Positions 55,000 through 64,000 of a stretch of DNA of 64,000 nucleotides are shown here, piece by piece (positions within the stretch are counted from its first letter, which is position 1; every line of letters starts with the position of its first letter). Below the pieces are notes generated by a model. That model was not told the origin of the DNA and did not search any database. It was given only the letters and a program-made list of their open reading frames with translations. Origin of the DNA: Candidatus Helarchaeota archaeon (GTDB lineage Archaea; Asgardarchaeota; Lokiarchaeia; Helarchaeales; RDOG01); NCBI GenBank assembly GCA_019058315.1, contig JAHPZH010000004.1, positions 288,001-352,000 on the forward strand. The letters run 5' to 3'. Both the position numbers and the translations under genes were made by a program.

Positions 55000-57816
55000 T
55001 TAGATTTTTTTTGTCTTTTCTTTTTTTATTTGAGAAACCTGCTTTTTTTCGATTTTTGCTGAAAGTTCCTTAATTGTTCTATTTTTATTGACGTTGGATC
55101 TTACTGCAATAATTGCTATGGCTGATATTGCCACAATGCCTGCTATTAATCCCAAACCTACTGGAGACAACAAGAAATCCATTATATTCGTGGTGCTTAT
55201 TGGAGGAATAAACGGAACGTTGTCATCTCCCGATCCTGGTCCTGGGTCATTAGGATCGGTGCCTGATAGAATCTCATCATAATCATTAACTCCATCTCCA
55301 TCTGTATCTTGTAAAAACGGATGTGTAAAATACACAAAAAGTTCATCGTAATCATTCAAACCCTCACCGTCAGTATCGCTATTTGTTGCATTAGTTAGGT
55401 AGAGAAAAAGTTCATCGTAATCATTTAATCCTTCGCCGTCCGTATCGTTATTTGTCGCATTTGTTTGATAAACCATTATTTCATCGTAATCATTCAAACT
55501 ATCAGCATCAGTATCGTTATTCGTCGCGTTTGTATGATACACCAGAATTTCATCGCCGTCAATCAACCCATCGCCTTCCGTGTCGTTATTTGTTGCATTA
55601 GTAATATAGACAAAAAGTTCATCATAATCATTTAAGTTATCGTCATCCGTATCGGAATCGGTTGGATCAGTAGGATAGATAAAAAGTTCAGCGGAATCAT
55701 TTAAGTTATCGCCATCCGTGTCGTTAGTTGCTGGATTAGTAAAATAGATAAAAACTTCATCGCCATCATATAAAGTATCATCATCCGTGTCATTATCATG
55801 TGGATCTGAATCATATTCCCATATTTCTTGTATGAATGTTAGACCATCCGAATCAAAATCATCCGAATTTCCCTCTCTAATTTTGATGCATCGCAAGCCT
55901 TGATCATAATCTCCAACGTATGCCACGTTTCCTGCGACAACTATGCCGAGTGCCTCTCCCGTGGTGTTATAAAAGTCGATTTCAGAGGGACTGGTAGGAT
56001 CGGATATGTTCACACACCGTAAACCCTGAAAATCATTCGTAACGTACGCTAGGTCTCCCGAGACAGCCACTTTAAATGCATTTCCCGGGGTGATGTAATA
56101 GCCTATCTCGGAGGGGGTGGTAGGGTCGCTTATGTCGACACACCGCAAACCTTGGGCAGCAGAGGCAACGTATGCTACGTCTCCCGAGATTGCCACTCCT
56201 ATTGCCATTCCTGGGGTGGGGTAATAACCTATCTCGGAGGGGTTTGTAGGGTCACTTATATTCACGCACCGTAAGCCTGAAGTAAAACCAGCAATGTATG
56301 CTACATCTCCCGAGATTGCCACATCACGTGCTTGTCCTGGAGTGTTATTATATCCTATTTCGGAGGGATTGGTCGGGTCACTTATATCAATGCACCGCAA
56401 ACCTTGCGTATTATCAGCAACGTATGCCACGTCTCCCGAGACCGCCACTCCAAATGCATATCCAGTGGTGTTGAACCAGCCTATTGAAGAGGGATTGGAG
56501 GGGTCGCTTATGTTCACGCACCGCAAACCTTGGGTATTATCAGCAACGTACGCCACGTCTCCCGCGATTGCTACATCACGTGCATATCCAGTGGTGTTGT
56601 AGGAGCCCATTAAAGAAGGGTTGGTAGGGTAACTTATATTCAGGCATCGTAAGCCTTCCCAACCATATGCAACGTAAGCCACATCTCCCGAGACTGCCAA
56701 TTCATTTGCTTCACCAGAGGTATTATAGTAACCTATTTCAGAGGGACTGGTAAAGTCGCTTATATCGATGCATCGCAAGCCTGCACCAGAAGCAGCAACG
56801 TATGCCACGTCTCCTGAGACAACCACTTTTGAAGCCCAATTCGGGATGTTACAAGAGCCTATTAAGGAAATACTGGTTGGATCGCTTATATCAAAGCAGT
56901 GCAAACCATCAGAACCATCTGCAACGTACGCCACGTTCCCCGAAATCGCCACTCCACCCGCCCCTCCTGGTGTGTCGTAAGAGTCTAATGAAGAGGGGCT
57001 AGTAGGGTCGCTTATATTGATGCAGCGAAAGCCGCCTGAATACCAATCGGCAATGTACGCCACATCTCCTGAGACTACTACATCGTATGAATTTCCTGGA
57101 GTGATTAAAAAACCTATTTCAGAGGGACCAGTAGGGTCGCTTATATCGATGCAGCGTAAGTTTGAACTGAAATCGGCGACGTATGCCACGTCTCCCGAGA
57201 CTTCTACGGCCCTCGCATTTGTCGTGTCATTAACTCCTATTGGAACGGGGTTGGTGGGGTCGCTAATATTAACGCACCGCAATCCTTGAGAACCGTCGGC
57301 AACGTATGCCACATCTCCCGAGATTGCCACATCCATTGCATTTCCTGGTGAATTATATCTTCCTATATAAGAGGGGTTGGTAGGGTCGCTTATGTCTACG
57401 CAATGCAAGCCTGATGCCGCATCAGCAACATATGCCACGTCTCCAGAGACTGCCACTCCTTGTGCTCCAAAAGTATTATCCAGTGTGTCGTACCAGCCTA
57501 TTGGATAGGGGTTGGTAGGATCACTTATGTTTACACACCGTAAACCTTGAATACCATCTGCAACGTATGCCACGTCTCCAGAGATTGCTATATCATTTGC
57601 AGATCCTGGCGTGTCATAATACCCGAGCTCCGCCTCTGCGGGTTGGAGCTCTAAAGGAATAGATGGAATGATTGTTTCTTGGTTAGAAGTATTACTAAAC
57701 CAACTCGGTGTTATCAAATCTGAATTAATAATAGAAGAAGTCGTTAACATGAAAAATATCGAAAATAAAGTTAATATTGTTAAGATCTGAAATTTCTTTC
57801 CTTTATTAAGGTTCAT
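55000..57816 (-). CDS. Cell-surface LVIVD-repeat protein with Asp-rich (TSP3-like) Ca-binding repeats and C-terminal TM anchor
   Basis: Signal/TM, ~14 repeats of VAISGDVAYVAD...GLRCVNISDPTNP, ~9 repeats of DTDGDGLND.DE, C-terminal TM plus basic tail. Confidence 0.92.
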   Translation of the reverse strand: MNLNKGKKFQILTILTLFSIFFMLTTSSIINSDLITPSWFSNTSNQETIIPSIPLELQPAEAELGYYDTPGSANDIAISGDVAYVADGIQGLRCVNISDPTNPYPIGWYDTLDNTFGAQGVAVSGDVAYVADAASGLHCVDISDPTNPSYIGRYNSPGNAMDVAISGDVAYVADGSQGLRCVNISDPTNPVPIGVNDTTNARAVEVSGDVAYVADFSSNLRCIDISDPTGPSEIGFLITPGNSYDVVVSGDVAYIADWYSGGFRCINISDPTSPSSLDSYDTPGGAGGVAISGNVAYVADGSDGLHCFDISDPTSISLIGSCNIPNWASKVVVSGDVAYVAASGAGLRCIDISDFTSPSEIGYYNTSGEANELAVSGDVAYVAYGWEGLRCLNISYPTNPSLMGSYNTTGYARDVAIAGDVAYVADNTQGLRCVNISDPSNPSSIGWFNTTGYAFGVAVSGDVAYVADNTQGLRCIDISDPTNPSEIGYNNTPGQARDVAISGDVAYIAGFTSGLRCVNISDPTNPSEIGYYPTPGMAIGVAISGDVAYVASAAQGLRCVDISDPTTPSEIGYYITPGNAFKVAVSGDLAYVTNDFQGLRCVNISDPTSPSEIDFYNTTGEALGIVVAGNVAYVGDYDQGLRCIKIREGNSDDFDSDGLTFIQEIWEYDSDPHDNDTDDDTLYDGDEVFIYFTNPATNDTDGDNLNDSAELFIYPTDPTDSDTDDDNLNDYDELFVYITNATNNDTEGDGLIDGDEILVYHTNATNNDTDADSLNDYDEIMVYQTNATNNDTDGEGLNDYDELFLYLTNATNSDTDGEGLNDYDELFVYFTHPFLQDTDGDGVNDYDEILSGTDPNDPGPGSGDDNVPFIPPISTTNIMDFLLSPVGLGLIAGIVAISAIAIIAVRSNVNKNRTIKELSAKIEKKQVSQIKKEKTKKI

Positions 57817-57970
57817 AAATTATCTCTCCTTAAAACACAATTAAAAAATTCATGATTTATATAATTATTTATAAAATTTATTTTGAAATTTAATTTTAAT
57901 TATTTTTTACTTAAAATAAAAGATAAATAATATTGATGGTGAATTTAAAAAAATTATTTATGAGTTTATT

Positions 57971-59560
57971 CTAACTTTGTCTAATATTAATTGATCGAAT
58001 AAAAGAGGGAATATCTCTTAAAAGTGCAACATCTGACATTATTCTTTTTCTGAATTTATCTAAATTAGAATTTCCCCATCTGTATTTAAATAAATAAATT
58101 CCTCCAAAAACAAATCTAGTAAGCAATTCTAACGATTTACTTTTCAACCATTCTTTTTTCATGATATGGAAGTTATATTCCCAGCATCTAGTAAAGAATT
58201 CCATCTGTATATCACTCATCTCATCAAAATTAGGTCTTCTTTCTTTCCTTAACATACATTCATGGAGATTAGCGAAGAGTAGAGGGACAAGAAAAACTTT
58301 ATAATTAAACATTTCATCAACAAGCTCAATGGACTTAATACAGTCTTCATCAGTTTCACCAGGCAGTCCAGTTATTAAAGTTGCCACAAGATTCCAATTA
58401 TTATCATTTAAAATACCGATCCCTTGTGTGACTACTTCCGGCCATTCTTTTGGGGTAAAAGGCAGCGGTTTACCACGCATATATTTTTCTATAAGTCGTG
58501 GACTGGCAGTTTCAATTCCTGTTTCTGCAGCTATAATTCCTTTTCCGCCATAGTGGAATCGGCAATAATCTTGCATTATATGTGAAATTTCAGATACCAT
58601 TTCTGGATCTGCCACTGCAGGGGCTAGACTTATATGTGCTGGTTGAACCCCTTTAACTCCTGGAACAGATGTAATCTCTTTAATTAGTTTATGGACTGCG
58701 AGTCCATTAGGAATAAATTTACCATCCATTTTACATCCATATAAAAATAAATCTTCAGTTGCCAAAGTAATTAAACCAGTTCCATTTCGAACATTGATCT
58801 CGACTTCTTTTTTAACCCTATCAATTGGCAAATCCCGTTTTTTCCGCATTGTTGGGGTGCAAAACTGGCAATTTCTTCCGCAACCTCTCGAAATCTCAAC
58901 TGAGCCATGAATTGCACTATTTCTGATCATAGGGATTTCTTCAATTTTTGGGGATTTTCGAACTTGGACTATTGGAGGAAGTTGTTCTCCTTTAACAGCC
59001 TTTTCAAACAATTTTGGAGCAATTACATCCCCTTCACCAATAACTACACAATCTATTCCAAGCTTTTTCATCGCTTTCTTTCCAACTTGCCACGCACCTG
59101 GTCCTCCTAAAATAACCTTAGGTTTATACTTCTTAAAACATTTATTTTTAAAAATTTTTAGAAAATAATATTGTGTTGATGACATTGATCCAAAAGCTAA
59201 AGAAGAATAAGTAAAACTTACATATGCTAAACCAAGAGGGTCCATGGAAGATATTCCAATAACTCGGGTTTCAAGTCCGACAAATTTCTTTAAATGTGCT
59301 GGAGTAGTCACGACTATATCATTTGGGTCGAAACCATATTTGATTAATGCAGCTTCTATTTTTCTCAAACCATAAGGTGCCAATTTTGCTGTATAATCTT
59401 CATGTACTGCAGTAGTAGGATAGAAGAAACTTTTCCAAGACCAAATTGGAATTCTATGTGAGAAGCTAGCCGAAAATGCAACAAAAGGATTATCATTAAA
59501 ATCACTCATTTCAACTTCAGAACTGGTTAAAACAATCTTTTTTCCCCTAATCTTTGCCAT
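57971..59560 (-). CDS. B12-binding-like/radical SAM protein (paralog of 49657-51183)
   Basis: APYGLRKIEAAL, MDPLG, EISRGCGRNCQFC, GIETASPRL. Confidence 0.9.
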   Translation of the reverse strand: MAKIRGKKIVLTSSEVEMSDFNDNPFVAFSASFSHRIPIWSWKSFFYPTTAVHEDYTAKLAPYGLRKIEAALIKYGFDPNDIVVTTPAHLKKFVGLETRVIGISSMDPLGLAYVSFTYSSLAFGSMSSTQYYFLKIFKNKCFKKYKPKVILGGPGAWQVGKKAMKKLGIDCVVIGEGDVIAPKLFEKAVKGEQLPPIVQVRKSPKIEEIPMIRNSAIHGSVEISRGCGRNCQFCTPTMRKKRDLPIDRVKKEVEINVRNGTGLITLATEDLFLYGCKMDGKFIPNGLAVHKLIKEITSVPGVKGVQPAHISLAPAVADPEMVSEISHIMQDYCRFHYGGKGIIAAETGIETASPRLIEKYMRGKPLPFTPKEWPEVVTQGIGILNDNNWNLVATLITGLPGETDEDCIKSIELVDEMFNYKVFLVPLLFANLHECMLRKERRPNFDEMSDIQMEFFTRCWEYNFHIMKKEWLKSKSLELLTRFVFGGIYLFKYRWGNSNLDKFRKRIMSDVALLRDIPSFIRSINIRQS

Positions 59561-59735
59561 TTCTATTACATCTCATATATTATTTTAGAATTAATTACTA
59601 AGTGGTAATAAAAAATATGGCTTTTTGTTTTAAAAAAGATAGGTCTTATCGATGTCTTTTTATCTTTTCAATTAGTTTCTTATTAAGAATATCAACAATT
59701 TATATTCCTAAAAATGAAGAATTTTTGATTTTAAA

Positions 59736-60503
59736 ATGAAATTGAATCCTACGTTTAAACGAGCAATCACCAAGACATTTTCTCGGTATATTGAAATTAA
59801 TATGCTCACAATTTTAAAATTTTTTGAAAAAATTACCAGAATTAATTTCCTTCCTTATGTAACTCGTGCCCTAAAACACAGTTTTGGGGGTAAAGTAGTT
59901 CCGATTAACACTGCAATCCATCCTTCAGTGCAGGTAGCTAGAAATCAAGATATTATAGAAATTGCTAAAAGTTCTAATGTATATGGAATTGGGAAATGTT
60001 ACTGCAGATCCTTTCCTTTTTATCATAATAAAAAGTGTAATGCGCCAAAAGAAACATGTATCTATATAGGAGATCCGGAATTCTTGGATGAAATTGAGAA
60101 AAAAGGATATATTTCAAAAGTTCCATATAAAAAAATCGAAGAAACAATCCGAATGGCGGATAAGATGGGGCTTGTTCATCAACTTATCTATTTTCCTCAT
60201 CCTAATTTATATTATGTTATCTGCAATTGTTGTTCTTGTTGCTGTGCAGTTATAAGCACATATAAGAAATTTAAAAATACCGTACCTTATCTTGTAATTC
60301 CCTCTGATTTTATAGCGCGAGTCGATAAGAGTTTATGTACTAATTGTGGTGTTTGCGTCGAAAGGTGCCACTTTGGAGCCAGAATAAAGGGTAAAAATAA
60401 TAAAATCATATTTATTGAAGAAAACTGTAAAGGTTGTGGGCTTTGCGCTACAAAATGTCCTAAGGAAGCCATAAAGTTAGTTCCCAGAACAAAGAAAAAT
60501 TAA
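59736..60503 (+). CDS. 4Fe-4S dicluster protein
   Basis: CYCR, ICNCCSCCC, CTNCGVCVERC, CKGCGLCATKCP. Confidence 0.9.
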   Translation: MKLNPTFKRAITKTFSRYIEINMLTILKFFEKITRINFLPYVTRALKHSFGGKVVPINTAIHPSVQVARNQDIIEIAKSSNVYGIGKCYCRSFPFYHNKKCNAPKETCIYIGDPEFLDEIEKKGYISKVPYKKIEETIRMADKMGLVHQLIYFPHPNLYYVICNCCSCCCAVISTYKKFKNTVPYLVIPSDFIARVDKSLCTNCGVCVERCHFGARIKGKNNKIIFIEENCKGCGLCATKCPKEAIKLVPRTKKN

Positions 60504-60716
60504 AAAATAAAAATTTTTAATTTAAGCCACTTATTTCATCTTGGGAAATCGATTTTAAATCAATTATATTCTTTTCTCCTTTTAAGCATTAAATTCAAAT
60601 TATCATTTTGTTAATTTAGTTTAAAAATAACCAAATATTGTGAATTATAGTAAAATTTCATTAATACACTATAAAATTAAGAGAATTAATTAAATAAAAT
60701 AAAAAATGGTGATAAA

Positions 60717-62261
60717 ATGGTTGAATCATTCCCTTGGTGGACTGAAGAAAATAAAAAACTTGCTAAAGACTTAGAAACATTTGTGCTTAATCATTATGAA
60801 GAAGCTGAACGCCATTATTTTATGAAAAAATTTCCGCACGGCATCCTCAATGAACTCAAAGAATTAGGATATTTTGGAGCCGGAGTCCCAAAAAAGTATG
60901 GTGGAATGGAATTAGGTGCAACTGGAGCTTGTATAGTAGCAGAACAGTTAGGCAGACTTTATTGTGTAGGGCACTGTTTCACTGTTTCAATGTTAGGGGG
61001 TCTCCATCAGCTTATTGAGTTTGGGACTGAAGAACAAAAAGAATATTGGTTGACAAAGATTGCAAAAGGGCAATTAGGTGCTGTTTGTATAACAGAACCT
61101 TTCGCTGGGTCAGATGCAGCTAATGTATATACAAGTGCCGTGAAAGATGGTGATGAATGGGTAATAAATGGTAAAAAGAGATATATTACGAACGCTGGAA
61201 CAGGTCATCGATATTTTATGTATATTAAAACTTCTGATGACCCAAAGGATAGGGCAGCATATAGACATCTCTCCACATTTGTTTTTGAACGAGGAACAAA
61301 AGGATTTTCTCTAGAAAAAATTAATGATTTAATAGGTTTTGATAACGTTCCAAATGGATATTTGAATATGAAAGATGTTCATTTACCTGAGAGTGCAATG
61401 GTCGGAGAACAAGGACAGGGTTGGGAAATAATGATGTCCGGTCTAAACTTTGAACGAATGATTGGCTCTGCTGGAGTAGGTGGTTCACTCCTTGATGCTG
61501 CAAGATTATTGCATTTTCATTCTCAAAGACGTATTCAATTCGGAAAGCCACTTAAATTCATAGAAAATGTCTCTTTTACACTTGCTAGATTAGTTGCTCG
61601 ATTGAAATATGCAAGATTAATGTCTTTTTATACTGCATATCTACTAGATTTAGGTAAACAACCAATTATCGAATCTTCCATCGCAAAATGGTTTAATGTG
61701 GATTGGGCTATGCAATCTGGAATTGAAACTGTGCAAGCGATGGGTGGTGATGCTCTAACAAGATTCTATCCCGTTGAAAGAATGATAAGAGAAGCTAAAA
61801 TTGGACAATTGGTTGCGGGAACTAATGAAGTGATGGCATATCTCGTTTATAGAGTAGCCACATCTATGGCGATGACAAAAGAACTTGAAACTCCTTTTAG
61901 ATTTAAGATGGATGAAGAGGCTGGTTATCCAATTGCAACATTAGATAAAGGTCCATATGTAGAGCAAGAAGCAACATCTGAATTGGTCTTAAAAATCCTT
62001 GCAGAGGATTATAGGGTTAATCCATCTTTATATATGATGATTGATGACATTAAAAAACAATGTAAAGGTAGCAGAAAGAAAATTAGGGAAATTTGCAAAG
62101 AACTGGAAAATAATGGCTTGGTTGTTGCATTTTATGATAGAAAAGGCGAGATTAAAATGGTAAAAGCCAATTATAAAGGTCTTGATAAAGCATATCCGCC
62201 AGAACACTACAGATGGTTTCCTGATTGGTATGATATTGAAAGAGACGCATTTTTTGGCTAA
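60717..62261 (+). CDS. Acyl-CoA dehydrogenase with C-terminal winged-helix-like extension
   Basis: CITEPFAGSDA, INGKKRYITNA, RIQFGKP, QAMGGD, AGTNEV; ~120 extra C-terminal aa. Confidence 0.92.
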   Translation: MVESFPWWTEENKKLAKDLETFVLNHYEEAERHYFMKKFPHGILNELKELGYFGAGVPKKYGGMELGATGACIVAEQLGRLYCVGHCFTVSMLGGLHQLIEFGTEEQKEYWLTKIAKGQLGAVCITEPFAGSDAANVYTSAVKDGDEWVINGKKRYITNAGTGHRYFMYIKTSDDPKDRAAYRHLSTFVFERGTKGFSLEKINDLIGFDNVPNGYLNMKDVHLPESAMVGEQGQGWEIMMSGLNFERMIGSAGVGGSLLDAARLLHFHSQRRIQFGKPLKFIENVSFTLARLVARLKYARLMSFYTAYLLDLGKQPIIESSIAKWFNVDWAMQSGIETVQAMGGDALTRFYPVERMIREAKIGQLVAGTNEVMAYLVYRVATSMAMTKELETPFRFKMDEEAGYPIATLDKGPYVEQEATSELVLKILAEDYRVNPSLYMMIDDIKKQCKGSRKKIREICKELENNGLVVAFYDRKGEIKMVKANYKGLDKAYPPEHYRWFPDWYDIERDAFFG

Positions 62262-62470
62262 ATAAAAAAAAGATAATAACATTATCCTTTCTTTTTTTCC
62301 TATTTTTTCAATAAAAAGTTTTATTTTTTTTTCAAATTCAAATAAAATTCAAAAATATTATAAAATTTAGTAAATCAATTTTCCATAATATAAAATTTTA
62401 TAATTTATCAATTCCTTTTTTAACAAAATAAAATTAAAAATTAAAAATAAATTAATTAAGAGTGAATTAA

Positions 62471-63370
62471 ATGCCAGAACCATCTAACCGTCTAGGAGAT
62501 TTGGATTTATGCTTCATGGTAGACGAAACAGGTAGTATGGGTCCGTATATAAACACAGTAAAACAAAAAATTTTGGAAATTATTCACAATATTCGTTCAA
62601 AGGAGCTTTGTTCTTCTTTAAAAATAGCTTTAGTTGGGTACCGTGACCATCCTCCAGAAGATTCTACTTTTGTAACCAGAGTCTCTCGATTTAATGAGAA
62701 TGCAGAGGAAATAAAAAAAGATGTGCTTAAAATGGCAGCATCAGGTGGAGGTGATGGTCCAGAAGCAGTTACAGATGGACTTTATGATGCTAATCGTTTA
62801 AGTTGGCGAGAGAAAGCAGCAAAAATTATCATTTGGATGGGAGATGCACCCCCGCACGGAGTGGAACCATCAGGAGATAATTTCAAGAAAGGTTGTCCGG
62901 ATGGCAAGGATTGGAAAAAAGAGGCAAATTATTCTTATGACAGGGGCATTTTAATCTATCCTGTTGGATGTTATCCTGAAATTCAAAATTATAAAAAAGC
63001 TATAAAAGTATATAAGAAAATTGCTGAAATAACCAAAGGAAAATTTATTCCCCTTGAGAAAGCCCATCTCCTTGTTACCCTAATTACTGGTGTGGCAGAA
63101 AGTGAGCTTGAAAAATTAAAAATAGAAGGATTAGTCGCTCAGGAAATGCAAGAAGTAATGACCGCAGCCCCTTCAGCTAGTGCTGCAGAAGTAGAGGAAA
63201 TGGTTTATAAAAGACTTAAGAAAAAAGATATTAGCTTGAGATCACTGTCTGCAGCTAAATTAGGAGCAGGTGCCCCAGTCGAAGAAGAAGATCTCAAAGT
63301 CGAAAACCGCAAACTTGAAAAAGATGATGTTAAAGAAGCAATTAGACAAGCTAAATTAAAAAAATTATAG
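62471..63370 (+). CDS. von Willebrand factor A domain protein
   Basis: DLCFMVDETGSMG (MIDAS variant), VGYRDH, GGGDGPEAV, GDAPPHG. Confidence 0.9.
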   Translation: MPEPSNRLGDLDLCFMVDETGSMGPYINTVKQKILEIIHNIRSKELCSSLKIALVGYRDHPPEDSTFVTRVSRFNENAEEIKKDVLKMAASGGGDGPEAVTDGLYDANRLSWREKAAKIIIWMGDAPPHGVEPSGDNFKKGCPDGKDWKKEANYSYDRGILIYPVGCYPEIQNYKKAIKVYKKIAEITKGKFIPLEKAHLLVTLITGVAESELEKLKIEGLVAQEMQEVMTAAPSASAAEVEEMVYKRLKKKDISLRSLSAAKLGAGAPVEEEDLKVENRKLEKDDVKEAIRQAKLKKL

Positions 63371-63504
63371 AATAATTTATATTCTCTTAACCCCCTCTCA
63401 TTTTTTTAAAATTATTTTTACAAAAGGAAAAAATAGTATAATAAAATAGTTTAATAATATTAATCATTATAAATTTGCAAATCGAAGGAGCGTGCAATTA
63501 AAAA

Positions 63505-64000
63505 ATGGAAGGTGAAGCTAAAAATTTATATAAACAAGCAAAAGAAGACATGGATGAAAGAGATTATGATAAAGCAATTGATCGTTTAAATAGAGCTTTA
63601 GAGATTTTTAGAGATTTAGGAAGACAAAAAGATGTCACTAAATGTGCAAAAGAATTAGAAAAAGCATATGAAAAACAAGCAGATGCCATTAATAAAATTG
63701 CCGATGAATTATTTAAACAGCAAAAATATGAAGAAGCTATTACCTATTACCGACAATCTGTTGAACTTATCAAAGAAACTAGTAAAAAGAAAGATCAAAG
63801 CAAATATGATAAAGAACTTCGAAAATCTTATGAAAAATTTGCCCAAGAAATAAATAAACAGGCTGATCAATTAAGGAAAGAAAAAAATTATGATGAAGCA
63901 ATTGAGCTATATCATAAAAGTATCGATTTAATGAAAAAATCTTATAACTCGGATAAAGTAAACGATTTTATGAAAGAATTAGGAAAATTGGCTGGAGAAT
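63505..64000 (+). CDS. TPR-repeat protein, 5' part; runs off window end
   Basis: Manual translation MEGEAKNLYKQAKEDMDERDYDKAIDRLNRALEIF...YEEAITYYRQSVEL...YDEAIELYHKSIDL; open to the window end. Confidence 0.85.
   Translation, partial: MEGEAKNLYKQAKEDMDERDYDKAIDRLNRALEIFRDLGRQKDVTKCAKELEKAYEKQADAINKIADELFKQQKYEEAITYYRQSVELIKETSKKKDQSKYDKELRKSYEKFAQEINKQADQLRKEKNYDEAIELYHKSIDLMKKSYNSDKVNDFMKELGKLAGE

Noticed and set aside
55300-57600. Regular DNA repeats as a CRISPR array or DGR template/variable repeats
   Set aside because: The repeats are in-frame coding units of one ORF (about 129 and 66 bp periods). No cas genes, reverse transcriptase or adenine-specific mismatch pattern noticed.
1454-62282. 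Numerous 60-130 aa ORFs antisense or out-of-frame to long genes (e.g. 1454, 2055, 4327, 8449, 30425, 50238, 56294)
   Set aside because: Fully nested in well-supported CDSs, with shadow-like composition.
63668-63853. 61-aa ORF from the track
   Set aside because: Out-of-frame shadow within the TPR gene that starts at 63505.

Overview
AT-rich archaeal DNA, most likely an Asgard archaeon (Lokiarchaeia/Helarchaeales-like). That assignment is inferred from a longin-domain membrane protein, a GET3/ArsA ATPase, a tandem 7TM protein family and a tRNA-splicing endonuclease subunit. The window has three parts. (1) 1-2.6 kb, host: GET3/ArsA (partial), rpiA, a tRNA-Arg(CCT) with a 33-nt D-loop intron, and a GNAT. 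(2) ~2.66-41.15 kb: a ~38.5-kb integrated element inserted into the 5' end of a longin-domain gene. A short stub (MLHSLFILRDNGVWVY) remains on the left, and a synonymously recoded N-terminus (VLHSLFILRENGICVF) opens the intact gene on the right. The element carries two tyrosine recombinases and a recurring upstream motif (TTTCCGTATAT). Its defence cargo comprises a TGT/beta-like + Panacea-like + PIN triad, a PD-(D/E)XK nuclease, an HhH protein, a Swt1-like HEPN, and a Type III R-M locus with two complementary Mod genes: one keeps the TRD but has degenerate catalytic motifs, the other keeps motifs I/IV but nearly lacks a TRD. It also has a ~9-kb operon of membrane and glycoprotein genes with a CPBP protease and a spike-like protein, plus a small basic protein resembling the SIRV2-type capsid protein, which together suggest a novel enveloped provirus. 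(3) 41-64 kb, host: longin-TM protein, hisS, a probably non-catalytic EndA subunit, two unknown paralogs around four tandem 7TM genes, two radical SAM proteins, two 4Fe-4S proteins, a cupin, an LVIVD/Asp-rich surface protein, an acyl-CoA dehydrogenase-wHTH fusion, a vWA protein and a TPR protein. All family calls come from motif recognition by eye; no searches were run.
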